In this document: positions 41,894 to 51,868 of the stretch, in pieces
Numbering within the stretch: the stretch's first letter is position 1
How the letters are laid out: each line of letters opens with the position of its first letter
From: Calothrix sp. C42_A2020_038
GTDB taxonomy: Bacteria > Cyanobacteriota > Cyanobacteriia > Cyanobacteriales > Nostocaceae
Direction: 5' to 3'
NCBI GenBank assembly: GCA_015272395.1
Contig: JACYLQ010000016.1
Span: forward strand, 53,385-117,384
Length of the DNA stretch: 64,000 nt
Made by a program: the position numbers and the translations under genes
Notes under the pieces: generated by a model
The model's database searches: none
What the model saw: the letters and a program-made list of their open reading frames with translations, nothing else
What the model was told of the DNA's origin: nothing

Positions 41894-42466
41894 TTATCCT
41901 TGATTTGCAATACTTCCAATTGACTCATCACTGTTATCATTAATTAGCTCTTGGATATTGAAGTAATCAGCATCATCAACAGTATATAATTCTAGGTTCT
42001 TGTTACCTTGATTAAGTAGTATGGCGCCATCACTGCTACTTCCAGCACGGTTATCAAGTAACTTGAGAAGAACTTCACGAGGATTGGTATCACTTCTGAG
42101 TGTTACTAGCACTCCATTTGGTAAACAAGAACCTCCTCTGTAACCTGCTACGCATAGTACAGGCTGACCATTAAATTTACCTGCGCGCAAAAAATTGAGC
42201 GTACCATTACTAAAAAATCTTTGGAAACGGGCGGAAATATCCTCACAGCGTCTAATGGGAGTCCAGGGGGGAGGGAAAGCTGAGTCTACCCAACGAATCA
42301 TTGGTTTATTCCCTCGTGGTGTACGAACTAACGTTGTTGGAACACCCCTACTAACCCCGCAATAAAATTTATTTATTTGAGCGCTGCTTGGCTGGATAGT
42401 AGCTGTAACTGTAGTGAGCGCAAGTCCAGCTACACTCAGGGTTTGAAAAAATGCACCGAGCTTCAT
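41894..42466 (-). CDS. COP23 (circadian oscillating protein 23) domain protein
   Basis: Signal peptide, then FYCGVSRGVPTT...MIRW...WTPIRRCEDISARFQ...GKFNGQPVLC, the COP23 signature as I remember it. Confidence 0.75.
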   Translation of the reverse strand: MKLGAFFQTLSVAGLALTTVTATIQPSSAQINKFYCGVSRGVPTTLVRTPRGNKPMIRWVDSAFPPPWTPIRRCEDISARFQRFFSNGTLNFLRAGKFNGQPVLCVAGYRGGSCLPNGVLVTLRSDTNPREVLLKLLDNRAGSSSDGAILLNQGNKNLELYTVDDADYFNIQELINDNSDESIGSIANQG

Positions 42467-42892
42467 AATGTTTCTTCAAGTTGTTTACTAAAATTACCTT
42501 TGGAATTGACTATTGCCTCACAAGACAGCAGCAATCGAAAGGAAACAATCTCCATGACCAGTTTTTAGCCTCTAGGTGCGTAAGCCCCAACAAATATTCA
42601 ACTCAACTCTAAGTTTATCGAATTACCAAGAAATTACAATATTATTTTTATCTTAAAATTATATAAAATTTGTAATTTATATAGTATGTGCTTCGTTGCA
42701 AAAAATCTTCGACATCCAAGATAAAAATCATACCAAGATTTTTCAGTATAGAAGTATGAATAGTCTCACCATGAGAAAATATAGGCATAAGATTTAACCT
42801 CAACAAAAATCAACTAGGTTGTGTTCTCGGATTTGCACCACGTTAATCTGGCTGTTGAGTCACAAATTTAAATCAATTTCTCCAATTCTACT

Positions 42893-42916
42893 AAGGGCAT
42901 CTAAAATGATGCCCTT
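42893..42916 (-). terminator. hairpin just downstream of chlB
   Basis: AAGGGCATC (42893-42901) and GATGCCCTT (42908-42916) form a perfect 9-bp stem with a 6-nt loop. Confidence 0.45.
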
Positions 42917-42941
42917 AAATTTTAGTGATGTTAATTACTAA

Positions 42942-44468
42942 CTACGCGCCTACAGCTTCTTTTGCTGCATACAGAACTTCTGCACTAATATTAGCGATAC
43001 CGCGTTCGCGCGCAAATTTTTCAGTATTACGCTTGACTTTACCGCGTACAAAACCGGGTATTTTGTTGAGTTCTGCTAAACCGTCTTTTGTCCAGTTCAA
43101 GTCAGATTCGGCAGAAATACCTTTGGTGATAACTTCTTTTGTATCGTGTCCACCAAATATTTCTAATAAATGGTCTTCCATTCCCAATGTGAAGGAGTTA
43201 TATACCAAGTCGGCTATTTGGTTTGTTCCTTCGTAACCCATAAATGGTTTGTAACCAATGGGGAAATTTTGGATATGGATAGGTGCAGCTATTACACCGC
43301 AAGGAATATCTAGCCGTTTGCCAACGTGACGTTCCATTTGGGTGCCGAAAATAGCTGAAGGTTCAACGCGCGCAATAGCATCACCAATAGCACCATGATC
43401 TTCGGTAACTATAACTTCATCACAATATTCAGAAACTTGTTCACGAAACCAGTCAGCATCATATTTACAGTAAGTGCCTGCCCAAACAACATGAATGCCC
43501 ATTTCGCGAGATAAAATCTTGGTGATAGCTGCTGCATGGGTACTGTCACCAAACACTACAGCTTTTTTACCAGTTAAGTTTTGACAGTCTATGGAACGTG
43601 AGAACCAGGCAGCTTGCGATACATATAATGTTTGATTATTAATAAACTCTTCGTAATCAACATTAGCGCCTTGAGCATTGATGACCTGCTCAATTTTACG
43701 AATACAGCGTGCTGTTTCTACCACACCCATTGGCGTGATATCTACATATGGCATTCCAAATTGTTCTTCTAAGTACTTCGCTGCTGCTAAACCAAGTTCA
43801 CGGTATGGACATAAGTTAAACCACGCGCGCGGCAAATTCTTTAACTCGTGAACCGAGGCGCCTTCTGGAATAACAGCATTAACTTCAATACCAAGGTCAG
43901 CCATTAACCGTTTTAATTCGGTACAGTCGTGCTGGTTGTGAAACCCTAAAGTCGAAATACCAATGATGTTAACTGAGGGTTTTTCGGTTTTATTTTCAGA
44001 TAATTCGCCTTTCTTACGCGCTTTTTCGATATAAAACTGGACTACTTGTTGTAATGTTCGGTCTGCGGCTTGTAACTCATTAACACGATAGTGGTTAACA
44101 TCTGCTAACAGTACATCACCTTTAGCATCAAGTTGCGCGCGTTCTACAAAGTTTTGTAAATCTTCTTGCAAAATACTTGAAGTACAAGTGGGAGTCAAAA
44201 TAATTAGGTCGGGAGTTTCTTCTTTATCTTTACGGGTAATGTTATCTACTACCTTTTCTTGCGAACCCCGCGCTAATACGTGACGGTCAACAACACTAGC
44301 TGTAACTGGGGTAAAATTTCGCTCACGTTCCAACATTGAGCGCATAACGTTAAAATAATCATCCCCTAAAGGAGCGTGCATTATCGCATGAACGTTTTTA
44401 AAAGAACTGGCTATTCGCAGAGTGCCAATGTGAGCAGGACCTGCGTACATCCAATAAGCCAACTTCAT
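42942..44468 (-). CDS. chlB: light-independent protochlorophyllide reductase subunit B
   Basis: 508 aa. [39 protein letters not shown] is unmistakably ChlB. Confidence 0.95.
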   Translation of the reverse strand: MKLAYWMYAGPAHIGTLRIASSFKNVHAIMHAPLGDDYFNVMRSMLERERNFTPVTASVVDRHVLARGSQEKVVDNITRKDKEETPDLIILTPTCTSSILQEDLQNFVERAQLDAKGDVLLADVNHYRVNELQAADRTLQQVVQFYIEKARKKGELSENKTEKPSVNIIGISTLGFHNQHDCTELKRLMADLGIEVNAVIPEGASVHELKNLPRAWFNLCPYRELGLAAAKYLEEQFGMPYVDITPMGVVETARCIRKIEQVINAQGANVDYEEFINNQTLYVSQAAWFSRSIDCQNLTGKKAVVFGDSTHAAAITKILSREMGIHVVWAGTYCKYDADWFREQVSEYCDEVIVTEDHGAIGDAIARVEPSAIFGTQMERHVGKRLDIPCGVIAAPIHIQNFPIGYKPFMGYEGTNQIADLVYNSFTLGMEDHLLEIFGGHDTKEVITKGISAESDLNWTKDGLAELNKIPGFVRGKVKRNTEKFARERGIANISAEVLYAAKEAVGA

Positions 44469-44779
44469 AATATATTTTCTCCCTTAGTCTTCGTCAAAAA
44501 TGCAGCGAAAAGAATGTCCTGTAGTAATAAATGCTTAGTTGCCAATAGTAGATAAGTAACTTTGTGTCACTAAATCACAACTAATCGAATTTATTAACGC
44601 TCTCGATTGTCGCAAAACTTATGGTGCCTTTATACCGTGGAGAAACGAAAGTTATTATTTGCCTGTCAACGTAGGGTCTTAGTTGTCAGAAATCTTTAAA
44701 TCTTTATATCCGAAATCATTATAACCATGCATGTAGCTATTTTTAGAATTAACAAACGTTATAAACACGTAGATAAATC

Positions 44780-45451
44780 ATGTCTCTCAATTCAAAAATA
44801 GCTATCGCTACATTAAGTTTACTTGTTGGAACAAGTATTTCATCGATTACAGCTAACGCTACACTACCTCAACAAAAACGGCCAGTTGCTACAACTCAAG
44901 GAAGTATTGTCATAAATAAGACTATCATTCCGGGTAAACAAGTAGGTGCAATTACTAAAAAAACCAAACGCTCAGATTTGGTGAAGTTGTTCGGCGCCTC
45001 TAAACTAAAGGATGAGACAACAAGATTTTTTGGTGGGGACGCGGAATTCCCTGGAACGGTAGTTAATTTGGGAAAGGACAAAGGATTAACCGTTCTTTGG
45101 AAAGATAAAAGTCGTAGGGAGGTCAGAGGTGTGATGGTTTATGACCCACAATGGCAGACTCCTGAAGGTATTGGAGTGGGAACAACCGTGAGCCAGTTAC
45201 AGCAAAAGATAGGTAATTTTAAGATGAGTGGCTTCGGTTGGGATTATGGTGGTATCCCGAACCTAGAGGGAACAAAATTATCAAGCTACAAGGGTCTACT
45301 AACTTTGCGGATGGACGCGAACAGCAAAGCTGCTCAACAGTATGAAAAAGAATACATGAAAACACTAGGTGATAATGTAACGTTATCTTCAAGCAATCCT
45401 AGCTTAAAGCGTTTGGGAGTTAGTGTTAGGCAAATGATTGTCTTATTTTAA
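44780..45451 (+). CDS. secreted hypothetical protein
   Basis: Has a signal peptide (IAIATLSLLVGTSISSITANA). No motif recognised. Confidence 0.55.
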   Translation: MSLNSKIAIATLSLLVGTSISSITANATLPQQKRPVATTQGSIVINKTIIPGKQVGAITKKTKRSDLVKLFGASKLKDETTRFFGGDAEFPGTVVNLGKDKGLTVLWKDKSRREVRGVMVYDPQWQTPEGIGVGTTVSQLQQKIGNFKMSGFGWDYGGIPNLEGTKLSSYKGLLTLRMDANSKAAQQYEKEYMKTLGDNVTLSSSNPSLKRLGVSVRQMIVLF

Positions 45452-45457
45452 ACAGCA

Positions 45458-46198
45458 TCAAGGGCGATACGCTATACGCAGACTTTGCACCAGAATAACT
45501 AGGGATGCAATAGCCATCAGCCCGCCCCAAAACCAATATGGCAAAAATAACTGCTGTTGAATTTGAGCGGTATCAGAGAGTCCTAAAGGTCCGGCTGTGT
45601 AACTAAATAAATAATCTAGCTGGTGATAAGTACTGACACAGGCTTGAACACCAAGAAATTGAACAGCAAATCCTTGTACCCAACGACTTGCTTTGAAACT
45701 AATTCCAAGAATTAAAAGACCAAGTAGGGGAATTAGAACAATTCCAAAAAGTGAACGAACCCATATTAAGGTTGACACTAACAAACTAATTCCCAAAATT
45801 TTTAAACTTAGCGATGCTGCTTTAAAACTGCGTGAGGCGATGATTAAAGCGGCGCCTGCAATTGGCGGTCCCATTGGTCCTGCTGCAGCAACTAACGCGC
45901 GGCGTATGGGGTCCCAAGAATCAGGAAAAGCAAACCTAGCAAAACCAGAACCGTTAGGAAAAATCTGCAACTGTTCAAACCTTCCACCAAGTAGCGCAGC
46001 TGTTAAGCCGTGACCCATTTCGTGAAACCAGGTTGCCAAAATCGTAAACGGATAAAGAATATAATTGCCACCAGGAATTTGCCATAGAACAGCAGTTGCA
46101 ATAGCTGCAAATATCAACCATTTAAGCCCCATACGGTCAATTACCGTTGGGGCTTCTGTGCTGTGCAAAGGTTCAGACGGTTTCCACTGTTCGCTCAT
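45458..46198 (-). CDS. M50B-like integral membrane metallopeptidase
   Basis: HExxH within a TM helix (WFHEMGHGL) and at least 5 predicted TM segments. Confidence 0.7.
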   Translation of the reverse strand: MSEQWKPSEPLHSTEAPTVIDRMGLKWLIFAAIATAVLWQIPGGNYILYPFTILATWFHEMGHGLTAALLGGRFEQLQIFPNGSGFARFAFPDSWDPIRRALVAAAGPMGPPIAGAALIIASRSFKAASLSLKILGISLLVSTLIWVRSLFGIVLIPLLGLLILGISFKASRWVQGFAVQFLGVQACVSTYHQLDYLFSYTAGPLGLSDTAQIQQQLFLPYWFWGGLMAIASLVILVQSLRIAYRP

Positions 46199-46285
46199 AC
46201 TACTTCCACCTATACACCAGTCCCTTCAGGGATATGATTTACGCTTAGATACCACAATTACATACTTGACTCTATCGTAACCGGA

Positions 46286-46651
46286 CTAATGGCGGTTTGT
46301 GGGGTACTCAAGATATTTAGCTTGCATTTGGTTAACTGTTGCGAGTGCATCTGGTTCCAAACGAATTTGGATTTGCGGACCAGAGCGAGCGAGGCGAAAA
46401 ATAACTCCATCGTCAACTCTAGATTGCAAAATTTTCTCGCCGTTTATATATGTTCCATTTGCGCCTAAACTTACAATTTCCCAACCTTGGTTAACACGTC
46501 GCACCTCTACATGATGCCGAGAAACCACAGCACTGTAAATAACAACGTGGTTGTCACTCGCTCGTCCGATACGAATAATCAGTTCGCCTTCAAAAGTCCA
46601 ACTTTGAGGCGGTAGGGATTCTTGTGGGTGTATGAGGCTAAGTGTAATCAC
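46286..46651 (-). CDS. FHA domain protein (stand-alone)
   Basis: 121 aa with a GTG start. FHA signature: IGRASDNHVVI...VSRHHVEV...GANGTYING. Confidence 0.8.
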   Translation of the reverse strand: MITLSLIHPQESLPPQSWTFEGELIIRIGRASDNHVVIYSAVVSRHHVEVRRVNQGWEIVSLGANGTYINGEKILQSRVDDGVIFRLARSGPQIQIRLEPDALATVNQMQAKYLEYPTNRH

Positions 46652-46666
46652 GCAAACAAAGTGGTA

Positions 46667-47608
46667 TTAAATTTCTACTGTTTGAAACAGAAAAGTTACC
46701 AAATCTCCCTTGCCCAGACTGATACGGTCGCCTGGTCTCAATCTATGTCTGTTGCCGGGTAACAATGGTAAATTATTGATGTAAGTGCCGTTGGAGCTAC
46801 CGACATCTTCAATGTAGTATGCATCGGCTTCGACACGAATATCAGCATGAATCCGCGAGACAATTTCTGAGTTCGGGAAGCCCGAAACGTCAATGTCTGG
46901 GGGAATACGGTCATTGGGTTTACCGATGTGAATTACCGAAATATTTTGCGGTAGTTCTATCGTTTGCTCCGATTGTACGTGAACTAGCCTTGAAACAACC
47001 TGTTGTAGTTGAGTTCGAGCCGGTGATGCTGGAGCTGGTGCCTGTTGTGGTTCAGGTTCTATAACAGGTGATGGTTCTGCTGCTATCGGTTCTGGTGCAG
47101 GTGGCGAAGATACTTCAGGTTCTACAACAGGTTCTGCTTCAGGCACAACAGTTGGCGGTGGTGCAACAACAATTGGTGGCGAAGTTACAGCAGGTGCAGG
47201 AGTAGGAATGTATTGTTGGGGTTCGTTAACGGCAACAGCAGTCGGTGGCAAAGGTGCCACATCTGGCGCAACTGCAGGAGGTGCTGTTACCACAATTGGT
47301 TGCGGCACAGGTATTTCGGGTAGAACTAAGGGTGGCACCTCTACAGGTGTTTCAGATGCAATTGTAGGTGGAACTAGGGGTGGTGCCTCTATAGGTGTTT
47401 CAGATGCAATTGTAGGTGCAACTGTTGGCGCCGCAGCGACAGCAGCAGCCCGCAAATTAAAGCCACACTGACCGCAGAACGATGCATCTGCCTGCACGGT
47501 AGCCCCACAGCTTGGACAGCTAACAGTAGCTGGTAATGGGGTGTAGCAAGCTTCACACTGAACGGCACCGTCCGGGTTGGGGTGATTGCAGTTAGGGCAG
47601 ACGATCAT
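46667..47608 (-). CDS. fraH: FraH-like protein: double zinc ribbon - proline-rich linker - FHA domain
   Basis: CPNCNHPNPDGAVQCEACYTPL...CPSCGATVQADASFCGQCG, a ~170-aa Pro/Val/Ala-rich region, and a C-terminal FHA (IGKPND...VSRIHADI...SSNGTYINN). ATG at 47608 is preferred to the track start at 47698. The symbol is given by architecture only. Confidence 0.65.
   Translation of the reverse strand: MIVCPNCNHPNPDGAVQCEACYTPLPATVSCPSCGATVQADASFCGQCGFNLRAAAVAAAPTVAPTIASETPIEAPPLVPPTIASETPVEVPPLVLPEIPVPQPIVVTAPPAVAPDVAPLPPTAVAVNEPQQYIPTPAPAVTSPPIVVAPPPTVVPEAEPVVEPEVSSPPAPEPIAAEPSPVIEPEPQQAPAPASPARTQLQQVVSRLVHVQSEQTIELPQNISVIHIGKPNDRIPPDIDVSGFPNSEIVSRIHADIRVEADAYYIEDVGSSNGTYINNLPLLPGNRHRLRPGDRISLGKGDLVTFLFQTVEI
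47323..47418. repeat. 48-bp tandem duplication inside the Pro-rich linker of the FraH-like gene
   Basis: Unit 1 (47323-47370) and unit 2 (47371-47418) differ at a few positions. They encode PTIASETP(I/V)E(A/V)PPLV twice. Confidence 0.85.
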
Positions 47609-47867
47609 GTAGATAAGCCTTTGTTCTAGGTCATCGTAAAAATAATGCAAAAAGCAGAGAGCGTACTCTCTCGATGGGCGATTTTTACTGCGGCGCAAGA
47701 CAAATCGCTGACAGCAAAAATCTGCAAGTTCACAAACAGCAAAATGTGTCTTATGATATACTAATAAAGCATATCTACACTACGTGAAGTATAAGATACA
47801 AAGTGCAAGGTACTAAAATTAATTAAAATTTTAATCCTTGTACAATCGTAGCTTTTACCGTTATACC

Positions 47868-48590
47868 TCACCTTTGCAGTTCATCACCTGCTGTGACATC
47901 TAGCAGCCACCAAAGCTCTGCTTGTGGTTGAATCAAGCGAGATGGATAAGTAAAGTCATCTGCAACAGGTGCAAAGACTTGAGCTAAAGCTGGTCTTTTA
48001 TTCGCACCAGCCACTACAAACATAACGCACCGAGCGGCGTTAATAAATGGGTATGTGAAAGTTATGCGCTGACTATCACCTTTATTACCAACCGTAACAA
48101 GCTTATCAGTAACTTTTAAAGCTTCAGTATGAGGGAAAAGCGAAGCCGTATGAGCATCGTCACCCATGCCAAGTAAAATCACATCTAAGGCAGGAAATTC
48201 ACCAGATTTAACTTTAAAAAAATCTTGGAGTTCCTTCTCATGCTTGGCTGCTGATACTGCTGGGTCGCCATCAAGAGTTGGCATTGCATGAATATTTTGT
48301 GGGGGAATATTCACCTTATCTAACCATGCTTGGCGCGCCATCCGCTCATTGCTATCTGGGTGGTCAGGTGGAACATAGCGTTCATCACCCCAGAAGACGT
48401 GTATTTTCTCCCAAGGTAGATTCTGAGCAGCAATCGCTTCATATAATGGTTTAGGCGTACTACCGCCGGATAGGGCGATTGTAAACTGTCCACGTACAGC
48501 AATAGCTTCTTCAAGTTTAGACAGAACCAGTTCAAGAGAGCGTCTAACCAGTGCTGTCAAATCAGGCAAAACCTCAACTTTTCGATTCAT
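47868..48590 (-). CDS. pgl: 6-phosphogluconolactonase
   Basis: FTIALSGGSTPKPLYE, WGDERYVPPDHPDSN and the DevB/Pgl pattern are present. Confidence 0.9.
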   Translation of the reverse strand: MNRKVEVLPDLTALVRRSLELVLSKLEEAIAVRGQFTIALSGGSTPKPLYEAIAAQNLPWEKIHVFWGDERYVPPDHPDSNERMARQAWLDKVNIPPQNIHAMPTLDGDPAVSAAKHEKELQDFFKVKSGEFPALDVILLGMGDDAHTASLFPHTEALKVTDKLVTVGNKGDSQRITFTYPFINAARCVMFVVAGANKRPALAQVFAPVADDFTYPSRLIQPQAELWWLLDVTAGDELQR

Positions 48591-48720
48591 CGTGTCATTA
48601 CCAAATTGCTGACTCCAGCAATACGATAGCGAAATTATCCGCTAACTCCAGTTGACCTTACAAAACTTTTAACGAAGTGCCTTGAACCCGCGCGTACTGA
48701 AGTCCCCTTGTTACGTGGTG

Positions 48721-49476
48721 TTAAGATTTATTGTGCCATTGGGTGTATATTTCATCCCAATTTGAAATTGCGTCTCGCTGGATAATCAACAACTGCTGGA
48801 TGCCTTTTTCAGCAACATCGACTAACTGATTTAGCTGCTGACGGTTAAAACTTCCTTCTTCGGCAGTTCCCTGGACTTCAATAATACCCAAATGTTGATT
48901 CATCACAACGTTAAAATCTACAGATGCAGCCACATCTTCAACATAATTCAGGTCTAGGAATGGCTCACCCTCCAAAAGTCCTACGGATACTGCGGCAACT
49001 TGTCCGATCAGAGGAGAGCGTTCTAATACTCCTTGCTGAAGTAATTTAGAAATAGCACTAGAAACGGCAATAAATCCACCAGTAATAGCGGTTGTCCGCG
49101 TTCCTGCGTCAGCTTGAAGGACATCCGCATCGACGGTTAGTGTTCGTTCTCCTAATACTTCAAAATCTATTGCAGCTCGCAATGAACGTCCTATTAATCT
49201 TTGAATCTCTTGTGTGCGTCCTGAAAGTTTTAGAAACTCGCGCTCGTGACGTTGCTGCGTAGCAGATGGCAACATTCGATACTCAGCAGTTAACCAACCT
49301 TTACCAGTTCCTTCAAGGAACCTAGGTACTCCTGAACTGACACTAACAGTACAAATAACTTGGGTGTCACCACAAGAAGCAAGTACAGAGCCAGCCGCAT
49401 ATCGAGTAAAGTTTTGATGAAAACTGACAGGACGGAGTTCATAAGGTTGACGACCATCGGGACGCTGCCAAATCAT
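48721..49476 (-). CDS. rph: ribonuclease PH
   Basis: [25 protein letters not shown] and [13 protein letters not shown] are present. ATG at 49476 is preferred to the track start at 49539. Confidence 0.9.
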   Translation of the reverse strand: MIWQRPDGRQPYELRPVSFHQNFTRYAAGSVLASCGDTQVICTVSVSSGVPRFLEGTGKGWLTAEYRMLPSATQQRHEREFLKLSGRTQEIQRLIGRSLRAAIDFEVLGERTLTVDADVLQADAGTRTTAITGGFIAVSSAISKLLQQGVLERSPLIGQVAAVSVGLLEGEPFLDLNYVEDVAASVDFNVVMNQHLGIIEVQGTAEEGSFNRQQLNQLVDVAEKGIQQLLIIQRDAISNWDEIYTQWHNKS

Positions 49477-49643
49477 TGGAATTGCCTCAAATTTATAATC
49501 AATGAGAGATACACGACCACAGAAGTGCTTTGAGAACAATGTATTTTAATTTGCTCATTTTATATAGCAGTACTAAATTTTTCTTAAAAATAAAGCTTTT
49601 TGTCTTGACTCTAAATTATCGGTTGTGATTTTCACTAATATTC

Positions 49644-50195
49644 TCAACCGATAAGCGAAATTATATTTTCCAGAACTATATCCGGTGGCTGATCGCCATT
49701 TATCGTCAATAAGCGGCGCCTTCGGTCGTAATACTCTAGAATTGGGATTGTGCGGTCGTAAAACAATTCTACGCGACGCTGAACAATCTCTGGCTGGTCA
49801 TCAGGTAAAGAACGTCCTAATGAACGACTGACCATAACAGCCTCAGAAACTTGTAGGTACACAGCAAACGAAAGCTTTTGTCCCAGCTTATCGAGTAAAA
49901 AATCCAGTTCCTCTGCTTGGAAAGCAGTACGAGGATACCCTTCTAATATCCAACCGCGTTGAACATCAGGTTCTATAATGCGTGAACTGATAAACTCGAT
50001 TATTAACTCATCAGGAACAAACTCGCCTTTTTTAACATAAGGCAGTACGCAGCAACCTAATTTCGATGAATTTGCTATCGCTTCGCGTAAAATTTCACCT
50101 GTAGAAATTAGAGGAATATCAAAATGTGTACAAAGGCTTTGGGCTTGTGTACTCTTCCCTGAACCTGAACCTCCTAAAATTACTAATCTCACCAA
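49644..50195 (-). CDS. adk: adenylate kinase-like nucleoside monophosphate kinase (short, lid-less)
   Basis: P-loop ILGGSGSGKSTQ plus STGEILR and GYPRT motifs. The start is TTG 50195 or GTG 50192. Confidence 0.75.
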   Translation of the reverse strand: MVRLVILGGSGSGKSTQAQSLCTHFDIPLISTGEILREAIANSSKLGCCVLPYVKKGEFVPDELIIEFISSRIIEPDVQRGWILEGYPRTAFQAEELDFLLDKLGQKLSFAVYLQVSEAVMVSRSLGRSLPDDQPEIVQRRVELFYDRTIPILEYYDRRRRLLTINGDQPPDIVLENIISLIG

Positions 50196-50533
50196 ACAAA
50201 ACTCCTGATGTGGTCAAAAATAAAACTTACTAAATTTGTTGTGCCCAAATATAATCTGAATGTAACATTGACAAACAGATGCCAAAGCTGCTGTTTTTGA
50301 AGTAGTTTGTCGAGTTGAATGCTGGTTATCATTTTTACGACCTTTTATATCAAGTTCAGTGTAAATCTAAATTTGAATTCCTCTTGACTTCAGCGCAAAC
50401 CTAGTGGTTGACTAGGAATGCTACTTAAGTAAATAGACTATTTGTTTTTAAAATTTAGCTGTACAGTTGGATTTTCCAAAGCTTTTGTCAGCAAATTTTC
50501 TCGAATGTGTTGTGTCTTTTTAAACATTTAATT

Positions 50534-51070
50534 ATGGTTGTTCAGTTAGAAACCTCAAGTGCAAATCAGACCCTAAGATTACCATACGCAGTTGAGGGTT
50601 TAATACAAGTTTTTACTACATCGCATCGTAACTTTTTTACTACAGTAATGGCGGAAGCACTGAGGCTTGCAGGTCAAGGTATGCCAGTCTTAGTTGTGCA
50701 ATTTCTCAAAGGGGGTATAAATCAAGGACATGAGCGTCCAATGAAGCTAGGGCAAAAACTCGATTGGATTCGCTGTGACTTACCACGATGCATTGATACA
50801 CCCCATCTTGACGATAGTGAAGCCGAATCACTACAGAAGTTGTGGCAACATACACAAAAAGTTGTGTTCGAGGGTAAGTATTCTCTCGTTGTATTAGATG
50901 AGTTAAGTTTGGCAATAAATCTTGACCTGATTCCCGAAATCGATGTTTTAACATTTTTAGCGAAACGTCCACCACACATCGATATAATTCTCACTGGTCC
51001 CGAAATGCCCAAATCTATTTTGGATGTCGCAGACCAAATTACAGAAATTCGTCGTAGTTGCAGACCCTAG
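50534..51070 (+). CDS. CobA/CobO/BtuR-family (corrinoid adenosyltransferase-like) protein with degenerate P-loop
   Basis: VVQFLKGG, LVVLDELSLAI and DIILTGPEMP align to CobA, but the GNGKGKTT Walker A position reads TSHRNFFT. ATG is at 50534. Confidence 0.7.
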   Translation: MVVQLETSSANQTLRLPYAVEGLIQVFTTSHRNFFTTVMAEALRLAGQGMPVLVVQFLKGGINQGHERPMKLGQKLDWIRCDLPRCIDTPHLDDSEAESLQKLWQHTQKVVFEGKYSLVVLDELSLAINLDLIPEIDVLTFLAKRPPHIDIILTGPEMPKSILDVADQITEIRRSCRP

Positions 51071-51135
51071 GATTTGGGATTTTAGATTTGTCGCGCGACA
51101 ATAAATAGATTTTAGATTTTAGATTTTGGATTAAA
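51071..51135. repeat. two blocks of GATTTTR heptamers flanking a 14-bp perfect palindrome TTGTCGCGCGACAA (51088-51101)
   Basis: GATTTGG GATTTTA GATTTGT ... GATTTTA GATTTTA GATTTTG GATTAAA, read directly between the cobO-like stop and the dcd start. Confidence 0.8.
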
Positions 51136-51138
51136 GCC

Positions 51139-51738
51139 GTGATCAAAAACGATATTTGGATTCAACAAATGGCTGGACAGGGGATGATATCACCCTTTGA
51201 ACCCAGCTTAATTCGCCAGCTAAAAAGCGACGATGCATCATCACAGCGTCATGTCATCAGCTACGGACTATCTTCTTACGGATACGATATTCGTTTATCT
51301 CCTGTAGAATTCCGCATTTTCCGCCATATCCCCGGAACTGTTATCGACCCCAAAAACTTTAATCCCCAAAATCTGGAATCTACTCAACTACATGAAGATA
51401 AAACAGGTAATTATTTTATACTTCCTGCTCATTCATATGGTTTAGGTGTAGCATTAGAAAAACTTCAAGTTCCGGATAATATTACAGTTATTTGTATAGG
51501 TAAATCTACGTATGCGCGTTGTGGCATTATAGCAAATTTAACTCCCGCCGAAGCAGCTTGGCGTGGTCATCTCACTTTGGAATTTTCTAACTCATCCAGC
51601 GCCGATTGTCGTATTTACGCTTCAGAAGGCGTAGTACAGTTATTATTTTTTGAAGGAGAACCTTGTGCAATTAGTTATGACACTCGCCAAGGTAAATATC
51701 AAGACCAAGCCGAGAAAGTAACCTTAGCAAAAGTTTAA
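51139..51738 (+). CDS. dcd: dCTP deaminase
   Basis: 199 aa with a GTG start. SYGYDIRL, the CIGKSTYARCGI context and HLTLEFSN match the Dcd family. Confidence 0.88.
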   Translation: MIKNDIWIQQMAGQGMISPFEPSLIRQLKSDDASSQRHVISYGLSSYGYDIRLSPVEFRIFRHIPGTVIDPKNFNPQNLESTQLHEDKTGNYFILPAHSYGLGVALEKLQVPDNITVICIGKSTYARCGIIANLTPAEAAWRGHLTLEFSNSSSADCRIYASEGVVQLLFFEGEPCAISYDTRQGKYQDQAEKVTLAKV

Positions 51739-51868
51739 CGTATTCGCGGAATTCCCCATCCGCGCCCGCAGTGGGGTGATTCATTACCTTAGTTAGGAGT
51801 AGGAATTATATTCAACTCCGCGCCTCCGCACAGACGCTTTGGTTCCTTGCATCTACTCCTAACTCCTT

